From: Candidatus Latescibacterota bacterium
GTDB taxonomy: Bacteria; Latescibacterota; UBA2968; GCA-2709665
Assembly: GCA_965203805.1 (NCBI GenBank)
Contig: OZ241917.1
Span: 5,760,001 to 5,824,000 of the forward strand
Direction of reading: 5' to 3'
DNA length: 64,000 nt
Shown here: piece by piece, positions 16,893-27,190 of the stretch
How the letters are laid out: each line of letters opens with the position of its first letter
Numbering within the stretch: position 1 is the first letter of the stretch
Made by a program: the position numbers and the translations under genes
Notes under the pieces: model-generated
The model's database searches: none
Told to the model about the DNA's origin: nothing
What the model saw: the letters and a program-made list of their open reading frames with translations, nothing else

Positions 16893-19223
16893 ATGCCTGT
16901 CAGCAAATCCGTAGGCGCCAGAATCAAGCGCAGGGAAGATCCCAGGCTGATCCAGGGCCTTGCGCAATACGTAGACGACATCCAGTTGCCGGGCACGCTG
17001 CACGTCGCGGTGCTCCGCAGCCCGTACGGGCACGCGCACATCCGCGGCATCGACGCCTCGGCCGCCTCGGACCATCCGGGCGTGGTGGCCGTGGTTACCG
17101 GCGAAGATCTGAAGGACAACATCGGCACCATTCCCTGCGCCACCACCGATCCCGAGGGCTTTCCGGGCATCCAGGTCCCGGAACATCCGGTCCTGGCGCA
17201 GGGTAAGGTACGGTTCGTCGGGGAGCCGGTTGCGGCCGTGGTCGCCGACAGTTCGTATGCCGCCAGGGACGCTGCTGAACTCATCGAGGTGGACTACGAC
17301 CCGCTCGACGCCGTCAACTCGTCCGAGGCGGCGCTGGCTGACGGCGCCCCGCTTCTGCACGAACAATTCGGCAGCAACCAGGCCTTCACCTGGGCGATTG
17401 CCGGCGGCGACATCGACGACGCCTTCGCTCAGGCCGACCGCGTGGTCAAACAGCGTTTCAACCACCAGCGGCTGGTGCCCAACCCGCTGGAAACCCGGGG
17501 TGTGGTCGCACAGTTTCAACCCGGCGACGGAAAGCTCACGGTCTGGTCGTCCACGCAGATCCCGCATCTGCTCAGGACCCAGCTTTCGGTCATTCTCAAC
17601 CGGCCGGAGCAACTCGTGCAGGTCATCGCTCCCGAGGTGGGCGGCGGATTCGGCTGCAAGCTGAACGTCTACGCCGAGGAAGCCCTGGTGGGTCACCTGG
17701 CCATCCAGCTCAAGAGGCCGGTCAAGTGGATCGAAAGCCGGAGGGAGAACTTCCTGCACACCATCCACGGGCGGGACCAGGTCGGCGACGTGGAGATCCC
17801 CGTCAAGAACGACGGGACCATCCTGGGCCTCAAATACACCGTGGAGGCCGACGTGGGCGCGTACTACCAGTTGCTCACGCCGGCGATCCCCACCCTCACG
17901 GGGCTGATGCTCTGCGGTTGTTACAGGTTCCAGAACGTCTCGATGGAACTCACCGCGGCCTTCACCAACAAGATGGCCACCGACGCGTACCGCGGCGCGG
18001 GCAGGCCGGAAGCCACGTACCTCATCGAACGCATGCTGGACTGCGTGGCTCACGATCTGGACATGGATCCCCTGGAGGTCCGCCGAAGGAACTTCATCGG
18101 CAAGGACGAGTTTCCCTTCGAAACCGGCACGGCAGTCGCCTACGACAGCGGCGACTACGAGATCGCGCTCAACAAGGCGCTCAGGAAGATTGACTACGAA
18201 GGCTTCCGCAAGGAACAGGCGGACGCCCGCGAACAGGGCCGGTACCTGGGCATCGGCTTCTCCACGTACGTGGAGATCTGCGGCATGGGGCCCTCGGCGG
18301 CCATGCCGGCGGGCGGCTGGGAGAGCGGCACCGTAAGGGTGGACCCGACGGGCAAAGTCACCGTTCTCACCGGTGTCTCGCCCCACGGCCAGGGGCAGGA
18401 AACCACGTTTGCGCAGCTCATCGCCGACGGGCTCGGGGTGGATATCGACGACGTGCGGATCATCCACGGCGATACCGAAGCCGTGCAGTACGGCATCGGC
18501 ACGTTCGGTTCCCGCGCGACCGCGGTGGGCGGTACGGCCATGGTAATGGCGATGGAAAAGATCAAGGAAAAGGCCGTCAACATCGCCGCGCACCTGCTGG
18601 AGAGCAACCCGCAGGACATCGTCGTCGACGACGGCAAGTACGGCGTCAAGGGCTCGCCCGACCAGGGCGTCACCCTGGCGGAGATATCCATGGCCGCACA
18701 CGGGGGCGTGAATCTGCCGCCGGATACCGAGCCGGGTATGGCGGCCACCCATTTCTTCGAGCCGTCCAACTTCACCTACCCGTTCGGCACGCACATCGCC
18801 ATCGTGGAAGTGGACGCGGACACCGGAGAGGTGGACATCCTGCGGTATATCGCCGTTGACGACTGCGGCCAGATCATCAACCCGCTGATCGTCGAGGGTC
18901 AGATCCACGGGGGCATCGCCCAGGGTCTGGGCCAGGCGCTATATGAAGAGGCCATCTACGACGAGAGCGGGCAGATGCTCACCGGCTCGTTCATGGACTA
19001 TGCGCTGCCCAAGGCGCACAACTTCCCGCGCTTCGAGCTCGACAACACGGTCACGCCCTCGCCGGTGAATCCGATGGGCGTCAAGGGCGTGGGAGAGGCG
19101 GGCACCATCGGCTCCACGCCGTCCATCGTCAACGCGGTGGTGGACGCGCTCAAACCGTTCGGCGTGCGGCACATCGACATGCCGCTGCGTCCCGAAAAAC
19201 TCTGGAAGCTCATGCAGGGGTAG
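16893..19223 (+). CDS. coxL: Molybdenum hydroxylase large subunit (form II CoxL-like / xanthine dehydrogenase family)
   Basis: VGGGFGCK, AYRGAGR, HGQGQET, GQIHGG, GVKGVGE. Confidence 0.88.
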   Translation: MPVSKSVGARIKRREDPRLIQGLAQYVDDIQLPGTLHVAVLRSPYGHAHIRGIDASAASDHPGVVAVVTGEDLKDNIGTIPCATTDPEGFPGIQVPEHPVLAQGKVRFVGEPVAAVVADSSYAARDAAELIEVDYDPLDAVNSSEAALADGAPLLHEQFGSNQAFTWAIAGGDIDDAFAQADRVVKQRFNHQRLVPNPLETRGVVAQFQPGDGKLTVWSSTQIPHLLRTQLSVILNRPEQLVQVIAPEVGGGFGCKLNVYAEEALVGHLAIQLKRPVKWIESRRENFLHTIHGRDQVGDVEIPVKNDGTILGLKYTVEADVGAYYQLLTPAIPTLTGLMLCGCYRFQNVSMELTAAFTNKMATDAYRGAGRPEATYLIERMLDCVAHDLDMDPLEVRRRNFIGKDEFPFETGTAVAYDSGDYEIALNKALRKIDYEGFRKEQADAREQGRYLGIGFSTYVEICGMGPSAAMPAGGWESGTVRVDPTGKVTVLTGVSPHGQGQETTFAQLIADGLGVDIDDVRIIHGDTEAVQYGIGTFGSRATAVGGTAMVMAMEKIKEKAVNIAAHLLESNPQDIVVDDGKYGVKGSPDQGVTLAEISMAAHGGVNLPPDTEPGMAATHFFEPSNFTYPFGTHIAIVEVDADTGEVDILRYIAVDDCGQIINPLIVEGQIHGGIAQGLGQALYEEAIYDESGQMLTGSFMDYALPKAHNFPRFELDNTVTPSPVNPMGVKGVGEAGTIGSTPSIVNAVVDALKPFGVRHIDMPLRPEKLWKLMQG

Positions 19224-19323
19224 GTCGCATGCCCGTTCCGTCAGGGCGCGCGGAAAACCGGCCGACGATCGGTTGGACGCGCCCGCGCGGATGTTCAAAT
19301 CTTCGATACCTGGAGAGAAGCCA

Positions 19324-20190
19324 ATGATTCCCAGCCCATTCGACTATCACGCGCCGAAGACCCTGAGAAAGGCGCTCAGTCTGCTTCAGGAACACGGCGG
19401 CGACGCGAAGATCCTGGCAGGCGGCCACAGCCTGATCCCGCTGATGAAGCTGCGGTTCGCCTCGCCGGCAACCCTCATCGACCTGGGCGGCATTTCGGGT
19501 CTGCGGAAGGTCGTCGCGGGAAACGAAACCATCTCGATCGGCGCCCTTGCGACGCACCATGCCGTCGAGAGCCACCGGCTGCTGAAATCCAGATGCGGCC
19601 TGCTCCCTGAAACCGCGACGGCGATCGGCGACGTCCAGGTGCGCAATCGCGGCACGGTAGGCGGAAGCCTGGTCCATGCGGATCCCGCAGCGGACTGGCC
19701 GGCCACCATGCTGGCGTTGAACGCGGAACTCGACGTCTCCGGCCCCGGGGGCGACCGGAGCGTTGCCATCGGCGATTTCTTCGAAGACCTGCTCACCACC
19801 GCCATCGGCGACGACGAAATCCTCACCCGCATCCGCATCGCCACGCCGCCGGACGGTTCCGGAGGCGCGTACGTCAAGATGCATCAGTCCGCTTCGGGAT
19901 TCGCCATCTGCGGCGTTGCCGCGCAGGTCACACGGAGCAACGGCGCCTGCGCGTCGGTCGCCATCGGCGTGACGGGCGTTTCGGCGGTGGCCTACAGGGC
20001 TTCTGCCGCGGAAGCCGCGCTGCAGGGCGGACCGCTCAACGCCGAGACCATCGCCGCGGCAGCCGACAAGGCCGCCGACGGCGTGGACGACTATCAGGAA
20101 GACCACCACGCCTCGGGCGAGTACCGGGCGCACCTGGCCAGGGTCTTCACCCGCCAGGCGCTTACTCGTGCCGCCGAGCGTGCCGCCTGA
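19324..20190 (+). CDS. coxM: FAD-binding medium subunit (CoxM-like)
   Basis: AGGHSLIPLMKLR, VRNRGTVGG, HADPAAD. Confidence 0.9.
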   Translation: MIPSPFDYHAPKTLRKALSLLQEHGGDAKILAGGHSLIPLMKLRFASPATLIDLGGISGLRKVVAGNETISIGALATHHAVESHRLLKSRCGLLPETATAIGDVQVRNRGTVGGSLVHADPAADWPATMLALNAELDVSGPGGDRSVAIGDFFEDLLTTAIGDDEILTRIRIATPPDGSGGAYVKMHQSASGFAICGVAAQVTRSNGACASVAIGVTGVSAVAYRASAAEAALQGGPLNAETIAAAADKAADGVDDYQEDHHASGEYRAHLARVFTRQALTRAAERAA

Positions 20191-20290
20191 AAGCGTCAGA
20201 GCATCCGAACAGATCATCGCGTGCGCCCGGTAGAATCGCCGGGCGCACGCGAGCACGTACCCACCCGCCGTTACCCCGGAGGAGGCGCAT

Positions 20291-20800
20291 TTGAGACTGA
20301 AGGGCACGCATACGATCAACGCGCCGCGCCAGCGGGTCTTCGACCTGCTCACCGACCCCGAGGCCCTCGCCAGGTGCATTCCCGGCGCCCGCAAGCTGGC
20401 GCTTGTCGGCGAGAACACGTACGAACTGGAGATCAACGCCGGCGTGGGGCCCATCAGAGGCAGTTACAGCGGTACGGTCCGCCTGGAAGACCTGGATCCG
20501 CCCGGACACTATCGCATGGTCGTGGATGCGAAGGGCAAGACCGGGTTTGTCAAGGGTGAGGGAAGCATCGACCTCGCCGACGAGGACGACGGTACGCAGG
20601 TATCCTACAACGGCAACGTGCAGCTTGGCGGCCCCGTGGCGGCGGTGGGACAGCGGCTGCACCTGAGTGTCTCGAAAATGATGACGCGCCAGCTCTTCGG
20701 CGCCATCGAGGCCGAAGCCAACGCTGCGCCCGGAGAATCCGTCAAGCATGGCATCCTGCGGGACTATCTGCGCGGCAAGAAGCCAGGCGCCGGGCAATAG
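20291..20800 (+). CDS. coxG: CoxG / SRPBCC family protein
   Basis: DP..LARCIPG, VGPI.G.Y.G, GG.VA.VGQRL; follows the SLM genes. Confidence 0.85.
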   Translation: MRLKGTHTINAPRQRVFDLLTDPEALARCIPGARKLALVGENTYELEINAGVGPIRGSYSGTVRLEDLDPPGHYRMVVDAKGKTGFVKGEGSIDLADEDDGTQVSYNGNVQLGGPVAAVGQRLHLSVSKMMTRQLFGAIEAEANAAPGESVKHGILRDYLRGKKPGAGQ

Positions 20801-20834
20801 CGTTGCGAGCCCGGACCGGAGAGTCGAGTTCCCC

Positions 20835-21200
20835 ATGCCCCATATCAACTGGAACGACGTCCCCGTCAACGACCTCGCGCCCGGCGTGCGTATCCGCGCG
20901 CCGTACGGCGAGAATCTCATGATCTCCCTGCTGGAAATGGACGAAGGCGCGGTGGTGCCGCTGCACCATCATCCTCACGAGCAGGGCGGAATCATGCTCG
21001 AAGGACGGGTCGAGCTGACGATTGGCGACGTCACCCGTACGGTCGAGAAGGACGACGCCTACCTCATCCCGCCCGATGTGCCACATCGAGCGGTGGCCGT
21101 GGACGGCCCGGCGGTTGTGCTGGACATCTTCAGCCCGGTCAGGGAAGACTACGTGGAACTGGGCAACCGCTACATTCCTCCGGATGACCGGTCGGGATAG
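20835..21200 (+). CDS. Cupin domain protein
   Basis: VP.HHHPHEQ...IP.DVPH...LDIFSPVREDY. Confidence 0.85.
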   Translation: MPHINWNDVPVNDLAPGVRIRAPYGENLMISLLEMDEGAVVPLHHHPHEQGGIMLEGRVELTIGDVTRTVEKDDAYLIPPDVPHRAVAVDGPAVVLDIFSPVREDYVELGNRYIPPDDRSG

Positions 21201-21205
21201 CCAGG

Positions 21206-21330
21206 CCGTGAGACGGGAGACCGGAGGCATAAAGGAAGAACCAATCGGGCAAGGACGTCTTCTACCGTCTCCCGTCTCCCCTCTCACCGCTTTCAGTTCT
21301 TCATTCTTCCTTTTTCAGGTTTTTACCCTA
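21206..21330. repeat. Heptamer-based inverted repeat element
   Basis: cgtgagacgggagaccgg ... ctaccgtctcccgtctcccctctcaccgctttcag between convergent genes. Confidence 0.65.
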
Positions 21331-24300
21331 CTGTGACTTCGCAGGATCCGTAGACTTGAGTAAATTCCCTGCAAACCCCCTCAGAAAACGCCTCAGGTCA
21401 TCCAGATACGTATAGAACAGCGGAACCACGAAGAGCGTCAGGACCGTGGACGACAAGAGGCCGCCGATCATCGTGATGCCCAGCGGAGCGTAGGGCGTAC
21501 CGAGCATGGTCGCGGATCCCGCGGCCATCGGGAACAGTCCGAAGACCGTTGTGAAGGTGGTCATCAGAATCGGCCGGAACCGGTTGTATCCGGCCTCCTC
21601 GATCGCCTGCGACCGGCTCATGCCGCTCCCCCTCAACCGATTGATCATATCCACCAGCACGATCGCGTTGTTCACGACCACGCCGATAAGCAGAATGATA
21701 CCCATCTGGGCCATTTTCCCCATGACGGTGTTCGTCAGGAACAGACTCCAGTACACGCCCAGAAACGCGAAGGGGATCGACAGCAGGACCGCGAACGGAA
21801 GCACGAAGGACTCGAACAGCACGCCCATTAACAGGAAGACGCAGGTAATCGCCATCGCGATTGCGAACGACATCGTATCGTCGGACTCCTGGAACCTGGA
21901 ATAGGTCTCTCCCTTGTTCCAGGAATACCCCCGCGGCATGGCGAATCCCACCATCGCGCGGTCGATCTGTTCCCACAACCCTTTCAGGTCTTCCTGCGTT
22001 GTAAATGCCCGCACCCGCATCCGCATCTTTCCGTCCTCGCGCCGAATATTGCCGCTGCCTTCCGTAATGTTGAACGAGGCGAATGCCGAGAGGGGAATCT
22101 GGGTACCGGTATTCGAGCGAAATGGGAACTTCTTGAGTTGTGCCAGCGTCTGGCGATCGTCTTCGTCCATGAACAGCCGGACCGAAATCATCCGGTCGTC
22201 GTCGTGATACGGCGCCAGGTTGACCCCGCGCAACTGGTAGGAAATGCTGCGGCCCACGGCCCGGGCGGAAATCCCGTACGCGTGCGCCTGTTCCTTGTTG
22301 ATGAGCACCTGCACTTCCTTTTCCGCGTATTCCAGGTCGCTGTCCACGCTGACGACGTCCGGAATCGCCTCCACCCGCTGTCGCACGGCCTCCGACAGCC
22401 GCGCCAGCAGATCGATGTCGTCTCCGTAGAGATAAACCGAGACTCCCGGCTCACTGCGCCACCGCGTCTGAACCATCACCCGCACACCGACGAATTTCGG
22501 TATGTGTTTCTTGGTGTCTTCGATCACCTCGGCTCGCGTCATCCACCCCTTTACGGGAATACCGGCCTTCTTTCGAACGCTCTTGTAAAACTGGTACCAC
22601 CAGTCCCTGTTCGGTTCTTCTTGAAGATACACCCGGATAAAGCCCCGCTGCCGCCAGTATCCCAGCCGCACGGTTTCTATCCGGTAGGTGTCCCGTTTGC
22701 TGTCCAGGAAATCTTCGATCTGAGTCGCGATACGCTCCATTTCCGCCCGCTTGAAAAACGGAGGGGCGTTGAAACGAATGAAAAACTCGTTATTTACCCG
22801 GGCGCGTCCTGTGGTTTCTTTAACGTTCGACGCCGGATAGAAGACGGAAACGAACAGGATGATAAAAACAAGCGAAGCATCCCGCCGGTGGTTCAGAACC
22901 CACCCCAGGCCGCGCTGGTACCGGCGCCGCAGCCACCGGATCGACCGCGGGTCCTTCCTGGCGGCGTGCCTCCCCAGAAGCTTCGCCGCAAGGGGTATGA
23001 AGATCAGCGCTACGAAGAGAGACCCCAACAGCGACACGACCACCGGAATACCGACCCTGGTGAGTTCAAAGGTCAGCCCGGCTCTTCCCGTCATAAACAT
23101 CAACGGCATGAAGACCACCACCGTGGTCAGCGTCGCCATCGATATGGCCATGCCCACCTCGCTGGCCCCGGTAACGGACGCCTCGTGCGCATCCATTCCC
23201 TTCGCCCGCATCCGATAGATGTTTTCCACGATCACGATCGCGTTATCCACCACCATTCCCATCCCCACCATCAGGCCCATCATGGTCAGCAGATTCAACG
23301 ACCAGTCCAGAAAATAGAGCGCGGAAATCGTCATCATGATGCACAATGGGATCGACAGGGTAATCAGGGCCGTCATCCGCACGGCACGGAGGAAATACAG
23401 CAGGATCAGGGAGGCGAACAGGGCCCCCCAGATCGCGGTCGTTCGAATATTGTCTATCGAATCCCGCACCGCCCGGCCTTGATCCCACATGACGTTGAAT
23501 TGTGCTCCGGTTTCCTCGCCGATCCGTTCCAGTTCCTCCTTCACCCGGACCGAAACGTCCACGACGTTGGCGCTCGATTCCTTGTACACGTCGAGCCCGA
23601 CGGCTTCCTTGCCATTGATTCGCCAGGATCCCAGGCGCGGCGGCATTCCGAACAGCACGCCTCCCACGTCGGATACGGTGACGGGATCCAGACCGTTCGA
23701 CCGCCTGATAGGTATCCGGCGGATCTCGTCCATGTCCCTATACCGCGCCAGGGAGCGGATGAAGTACTTCTTACCGCCCTCCTGCAGGTAACCGCCGGCC
23801 AGCGCGAAGTTCTCTCCCTGCAACGCCTGCACAACGTCTGCGGGCCGGACGCCGAGGGAACGCATGCGCGCCTGTAGCACAACGACCATGATCTCCTTCT
23901 GGAATCTCCCCCAGAAGGAAATTTTCGCCACACCGTCGATCCGCTCCAGGCGTCGTTGAACCCTGTCTTCGATGAAGGACTGGATATCGTCCAGGCCCTC
24001 CGGCGGGGCCACCCCCATCCATATGATCTCCTGGTCGGTCTCCTCGTTGTATTTCCACACCCCCGTCCTTTCGCGTTTCTCGGGAGGCAATTCCAGTTTC
24101 ATGCGGTCCAGCCGGTCCATGACCTGGTTATAGGCCAGAGACATGTCGGTTTCCGGGCGAAACCTCAGACCGGCATTCGCCCAGTCCTTGCCGGCCCACG
24201 TTCGCATTGACTCGAGGTTTTTCACCGTTCCGAGATAGGTCTCGAACAGCCTGCAAATTTCCTGGTCGTTCTCCTTGGGCGACGTATCCCGGCTATCCAC

Positions 24301-24462
24301 CCACACCCACAGCCGTTTCCACTCCCACCCGGACGGAAAGGCCTGAAGGCGTATCTTCGCATATGACACGCAACCGATCACCAGCAGCGCCACGAGGCAC
24401 ATGGCCACCGTGACCGGCCGGGAAATGGAAATCCGCGGCAAGAGCGCTTGTCGGTCTTTCAC
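21328..24462 (-). CDS. RND efflux transporter permease (AcrB/SwrC family)
   Basis: ISRPVT, GMVVDNAIVIVENIYR, GVVVNNAIVLVD, RFRPILMTT; GTG start after AGGAG. Confidence 0.92.
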   Translation of the reverse strand: MKDRQALLPRISISRPVTVAMCLVALLVIGCVSYAKIRLQAFPSGWEWKRLWVWVDSRDTSPKENDQEICRLFETYLGTVKNLESMRTWAGKDWANAGLRFRPETDMSLAYNQVMDRLDRMKLELPPEKRERTGVWKYNEETDQEIIWMGVAPPEGLDDIQSFIEDRVQRRLERIDGVAKISFWGRFQKEIMVVVLQARMRSLGVRPADVVQALQGENFALAGGYLQEGGKKYFIRSLARYRDMDEIRRIPIRRSNGLDPVTVSDVGGVLFGMPPRLGSWRINGKEAVGLDVYKESSANVVDVSVRVKEELERIGEETGAQFNVMWDQGRAVRDSIDNIRTTAIWGALFASLILLYFLRAVRMTALITLSIPLCIMMTISALYFLDWSLNLLTMMGLMVGMGMVVDNAIVIVENIYRMRAKGMDAHEASVTGASEVGMAISMATLTTVVVFMPLMFMTGRAGLTFELTRVGIPVVVSLLGSLFVALIFIPLAAKLLGRHAARKDPRSIRWLRRRYQRGLGWVLNHRRDASLVFIILFVSVFYPASNVKETTGRARVNNEFFIRFNAPPFFKRAEMERIATQIEDFLDSKRDTYRIETVRLGYWRQRGFIRVYLQEEPNRDWWYQFYKSVRKKAGIPVKGWMTRAEVIEDTKKHIPKFVGVRVMVQTRWRSEPGVSVYLYGDDIDLLARLSEAVRQRVEAIPDVVSVDSDLEYAEKEVQVLINKEQAHAYGISARAVGRSISYQLRGVNLAPYHDDDRMISVRLFMDEDDRQTLAQLKKFPFRSNTGTQIPLSAFASFNITEGSGNIRREDGKMRMRVRAFTTQEDLKGLWEQIDRAMVGFAMPRGYSWNKGETYSRFQESDDTMSFAIAMAITCVFLLMGVLFESFVLPFAVLLSIPFAFLGVYWSLFLTNTVMGKMAQMGIILLIGVVVNNAIVLVDMINRLRGSGMSRSQAIEEAGYNRFRPILMTTFTTVFGLFPMAAGSATMLGTPYAPLGITMIGGLLSSTVLTLFVVPLFYTYLDDLRRFLRGFAGNLLKSTDPAKSQ

Positions 24463-24643
24463 GCGAAACTCCTGAAGGATTCGGAGTCGAACAACCGGTT
24501 CATCGAAAGCGGTACAGATAAAAGATACACATCCGGTGTCTCGGAAAGCAAATATTCGATGCGGACGGACGCGGGCATGTCCGCAAAAGGCAAGCATGAA
24601 GACACTCACACGGAGGCACAAAGGGAAAAACAGCAATTGGCAT

Positions 24644-25111
24644 TCAGCGATCAGCCGTCAGCTTGAAGCAAAAGACATACAGCCGGAGGCAAACCAATTG
24701 ACGTCAGCGCCGTGGAGCGGTAAGCCCGGAAGCACACAGACCTCTCCCCCCGGCCTGCCTGCGCCTGCCTGTCCCGTTGGAACGGCAGACAGGCCGAGTT
24801 CTGCTCGGCAGGCAGGCCCCCTCTCCCGGGGGGAGAGGGGGAGGAAAACCAGGATTTGGACCAACATATCGAGCGAAATGGGATCGTGGTTTCGATGGAT
24901 AAATCGACGCCGCACGGAATCCGTAGGGGCGGCGCATGAGTCGCCCCTACAATCGCCATAAGGCCACGAATGCCATCGTCTTCGTCAACGACGTATCTGT
25001 AGGGGCAACCCTTGTGGTTGCCCGCATTTCCGAACCGGGCTTGTGTGGCTGCTGCCTTTGATTTTCGTTTTTGATTCTGGCTGACTGCTGACGGCTGAGA
25101 GCTGATAGCTG
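24644..25111. repeat. Nested repeat cluster (heptamer inverted ends, REP-like palindromes)
   Basis: (TCAGCnn)n at 24644-24662 and (GCTGAnn)n at 25080-25111; CCTCTCCC..GGGAGAGG hairpin 24741-24844; GTAGGGGC REP-like units 24923-24950 and 24999-25023. Confidence 0.75.
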
Positions 25112-25140
25112 CATTTGACGGCCTTTTTTTCCGTTTCCCC

Positions 25141-25169
25141 TTGACAGATGATGGTCAAAATCCTATGTT
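25141..25169 (+). promoter_or_regulatory. Sigma70 promoter of pheST leader
   Basis: TTGACA N17 TATGTT. Confidence 0.7.
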
Positions 25170-25177
25170 CTCACCCA

Positions 25178-25490
25178 AAGCGATGACGGAGGAAAGTAAG
25201 CCGTCCCCAGCCGGAAAGGGAGGGGGCGCCCCGGACTGAAAGCGCCCTCGCGGCATGAACGGCCGAAGTTCCCTCTCGAGCTGCAACGCTGAATGCGATT
25301 GCCGGATATGGTCCCGTTTCGAAAGTAGATCCCGGCAACCGTTACTAGGTGGCGCCGGTGGCTCCCGCCGACAACAGGGAGGGGCGGTAACGGCCGCCTG
25401 TCAAGCGGCGCCTGAAGGGCGCAAATAGGGTGGTACCGCGGAAGACGTCACGTCCTTTCGTCCCTATGGGGATGAGAGGATTTTTCGTTT
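25178..25490 (+). ncRNA. T-box riboswitch (Phe)
   Basis: GCGATGA..AGTA start, GnCTGAA motif, specifier GAAG-TTC (Phe, 25269-25271), T-box AATAGGGTGGTACCGCG (25424-25440), TTCGTCCC antiterminator and U-rich terminator. Confidence 0.9.
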
Positions 25491-25550
25491 CGGCGGCCCT
25501 GCCGCACGGTCTTCCGTCTGTCTCGAACCCGGACTCAAGGGAGCACTGTC

Positions 25551-27137
25551 GTGGATCAATCGATCGACCTGTCGTCCCTTCACGCCCTCGAAGTCAAGAC
25601 GTTGCGCGCCTTCGAGCCCAGTGACGAACACGAGCTGACCGACGCCGTCCTGCCCGAAGCGGCGGGCATCGGTCCCGGACAGGCCCGGCGCGCCGTGGAA
25701 TGGCTGCGTTCCAAGGGTCTCCTGGACGTCGCCGGCGAAGCCACGGTCTCGACCGTGAGCCTCACCGATTCGGGTGTCGCCCAGGCCGGTCTCGGCTCAA
25801 CGCCGGAGGCCGCGCTTCTGCTGCGCGCCCAGGGAGAGCCCGCACCCACGCTGAAGCACCTGCAGGCGGATACCCGCTTCGACCGCGGAGAATGGGGCAG
25901 CGCCTTCGGCGGGCTGAAGGCCGAAGGCACGATCACGCAGGACGGCGCCTCCATCCGCATCGCCGATCCCGACAGAGCCGCCTTCTACACCGAGCGGCTC
26001 GTGCCGGGGCTGTTCGGGCGCTTTCGGGAGGCCGGCGAGGGGGCCGCGCTGAATCTGGACGACTTTACCGAAGAGATGCAGTCATATATCCGGGAAAGAA
26101 CGAGCAAACGCGGCAAGGGCAAGGCCGCCATCCGAGTGGACGAACGCCTGGAACGCACGTACAGGCTCACGCCGGCCGGTGTGGGGACGCTGGAGCGCAT
26201 TCTGGAAACCGGGCTGACGGGCGACGAGGTCTCCCGCCTCACGCCGGAGATGTTGCAGTCGGGCGCCTGGAGAAACGTCTCGTTCCGGCGTTACGACATC
26301 AGCATCAAGCCCCCGCGTATTCTCATCGGCCGCCTGCACCCGTACCGCGCCTATCTCGACGGTGTCCGGCGCAAACTGCTGTCTCTCGGGTTCGAGGAAA
26401 TGAAGGGCCCGCTGGTCGAGACCGAATTCTGGAATATGGATGCCCTTTTCATGCCGCAGTTCCACGCGGCGCGAAATATCCATGACGCCTACTACGTCAA
26501 AGAGCCCGTCCGTTCGGATGCGCCCGAAGAACCCTTCTTCTCGAATGTGGCCGCCGCCCACGCCCACGGCGGCGACACCGGCTCCCGAGGCTGGCGGTAC
26601 GAATTCAGTCCGGCCCGCGCGCGCCGCCTCATCCTGCGCAGCCAGGGTACCGCGCTGTCGGGCCGCACGCTTGCATCCGGTCCGAACGTCCCGGGGAAGT
26701 ATTTCGCGGTTGCGCGATGCTTCCGGTACGACGACGTCGACGCCACCCACGCCGCCGATTTCTTCCAGGTGGAGGGTATCGTCCTGGGCGAGGGCATCAA
26801 TTTCCGGAGTCTGCTGGGCCTGCTGAAGCTGTTTGCGCTGGAAATCGCGCAGTCGGACGAATGCCGGTTTGTGCCGGACTATTTCCCGTTCACCGAGCCC
26901 TCGGTCGAGCTCCAGGCCAGGCACCCGTCGCTGGGCTGGATCGAATTCGGCGGCGCCGGCCTGTTCCGGCCCGAACTCACGCGCCCGCTGGGCGTCGAGG
27001 TTCCGGTCATCGCATGGGGTCTGGGCATCGACCGGATGGCGATGGTGGCCCTGGACATAGACGACATCCGCGACCTGTTCAGCACGGACCTGGACCTGAT
27101 CCGGAACGAAAGAGAAAACAGGCCGGCCGCCACCTGA
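25551..27137 (+). CDS. pheS: Phenylalanyl-tRNA synthetase alpha subunit, long archaeal/eukaryote-type
   Basis: GRLHP, FWNMDALF.PQ.H.AR, FRYD..DATH..FFQVEG, YFPFTEPS, AWGLGIDR; 528 aa with N-terminal extension. Confidence 0.95.
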   Translation: MDQSIDLSSLHALEVKTLRAFEPSDEHELTDAVLPEAAGIGPGQARRAVEWLRSKGLLDVAGEATVSTVSLTDSGVAQAGLGSTPEAALLLRAQGEPAPTLKHLQADTRFDRGEWGSAFGGLKAEGTITQDGASIRIADPDRAAFYTERLVPGLFGRFREAGEGAALNLDDFTEEMQSYIRERTSKRGKGKAAIRVDERLERTYRLTPAGVGTLERILETGLTGDEVSRLTPEMLQSGAWRNVSFRRYDISIKPPRILIGRLHPYRAYLDGVRRKLLSLGFEEMKGPLVETEFWNMDALFMPQFHAARNIHDAYYVKEPVRSDAPEEPFFSNVAAAHAHGGDTGSRGWRYEFSPARARRLILRSQGTALSGRTLASGPNVPGKYFAVARCFRYDDVDATHAADFFQVEGIVLGEGINFRSLLGLLKLFALEIAQSDECRFVPDYFPFTEPSVELQARHPSLGWIEFGGAGLFRPELTRPLGVEVPVIAWGLGIDRMAMVALDIDDIRDLFSTDLDLIRNERENRPAAT

Positions 27138-27190
27138 CGCGCTGGGAAACGGAATTCGCGCATCCCGCGCGTATGTATCAAGGAGCACGC

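Noticed and set aside
16731-18908. Long antisense ORFs (also 22138-23877, 26879-28912, 43023-45853)
   Set aside because: Shadow ORFs opposite well-supported genes in GC-rich DNA.
26717-27190. N-terminal extension of pheT in the ORF track
   Set aside because: Overlaps pheS; the real start is ATG 27191 after AAGGAG.
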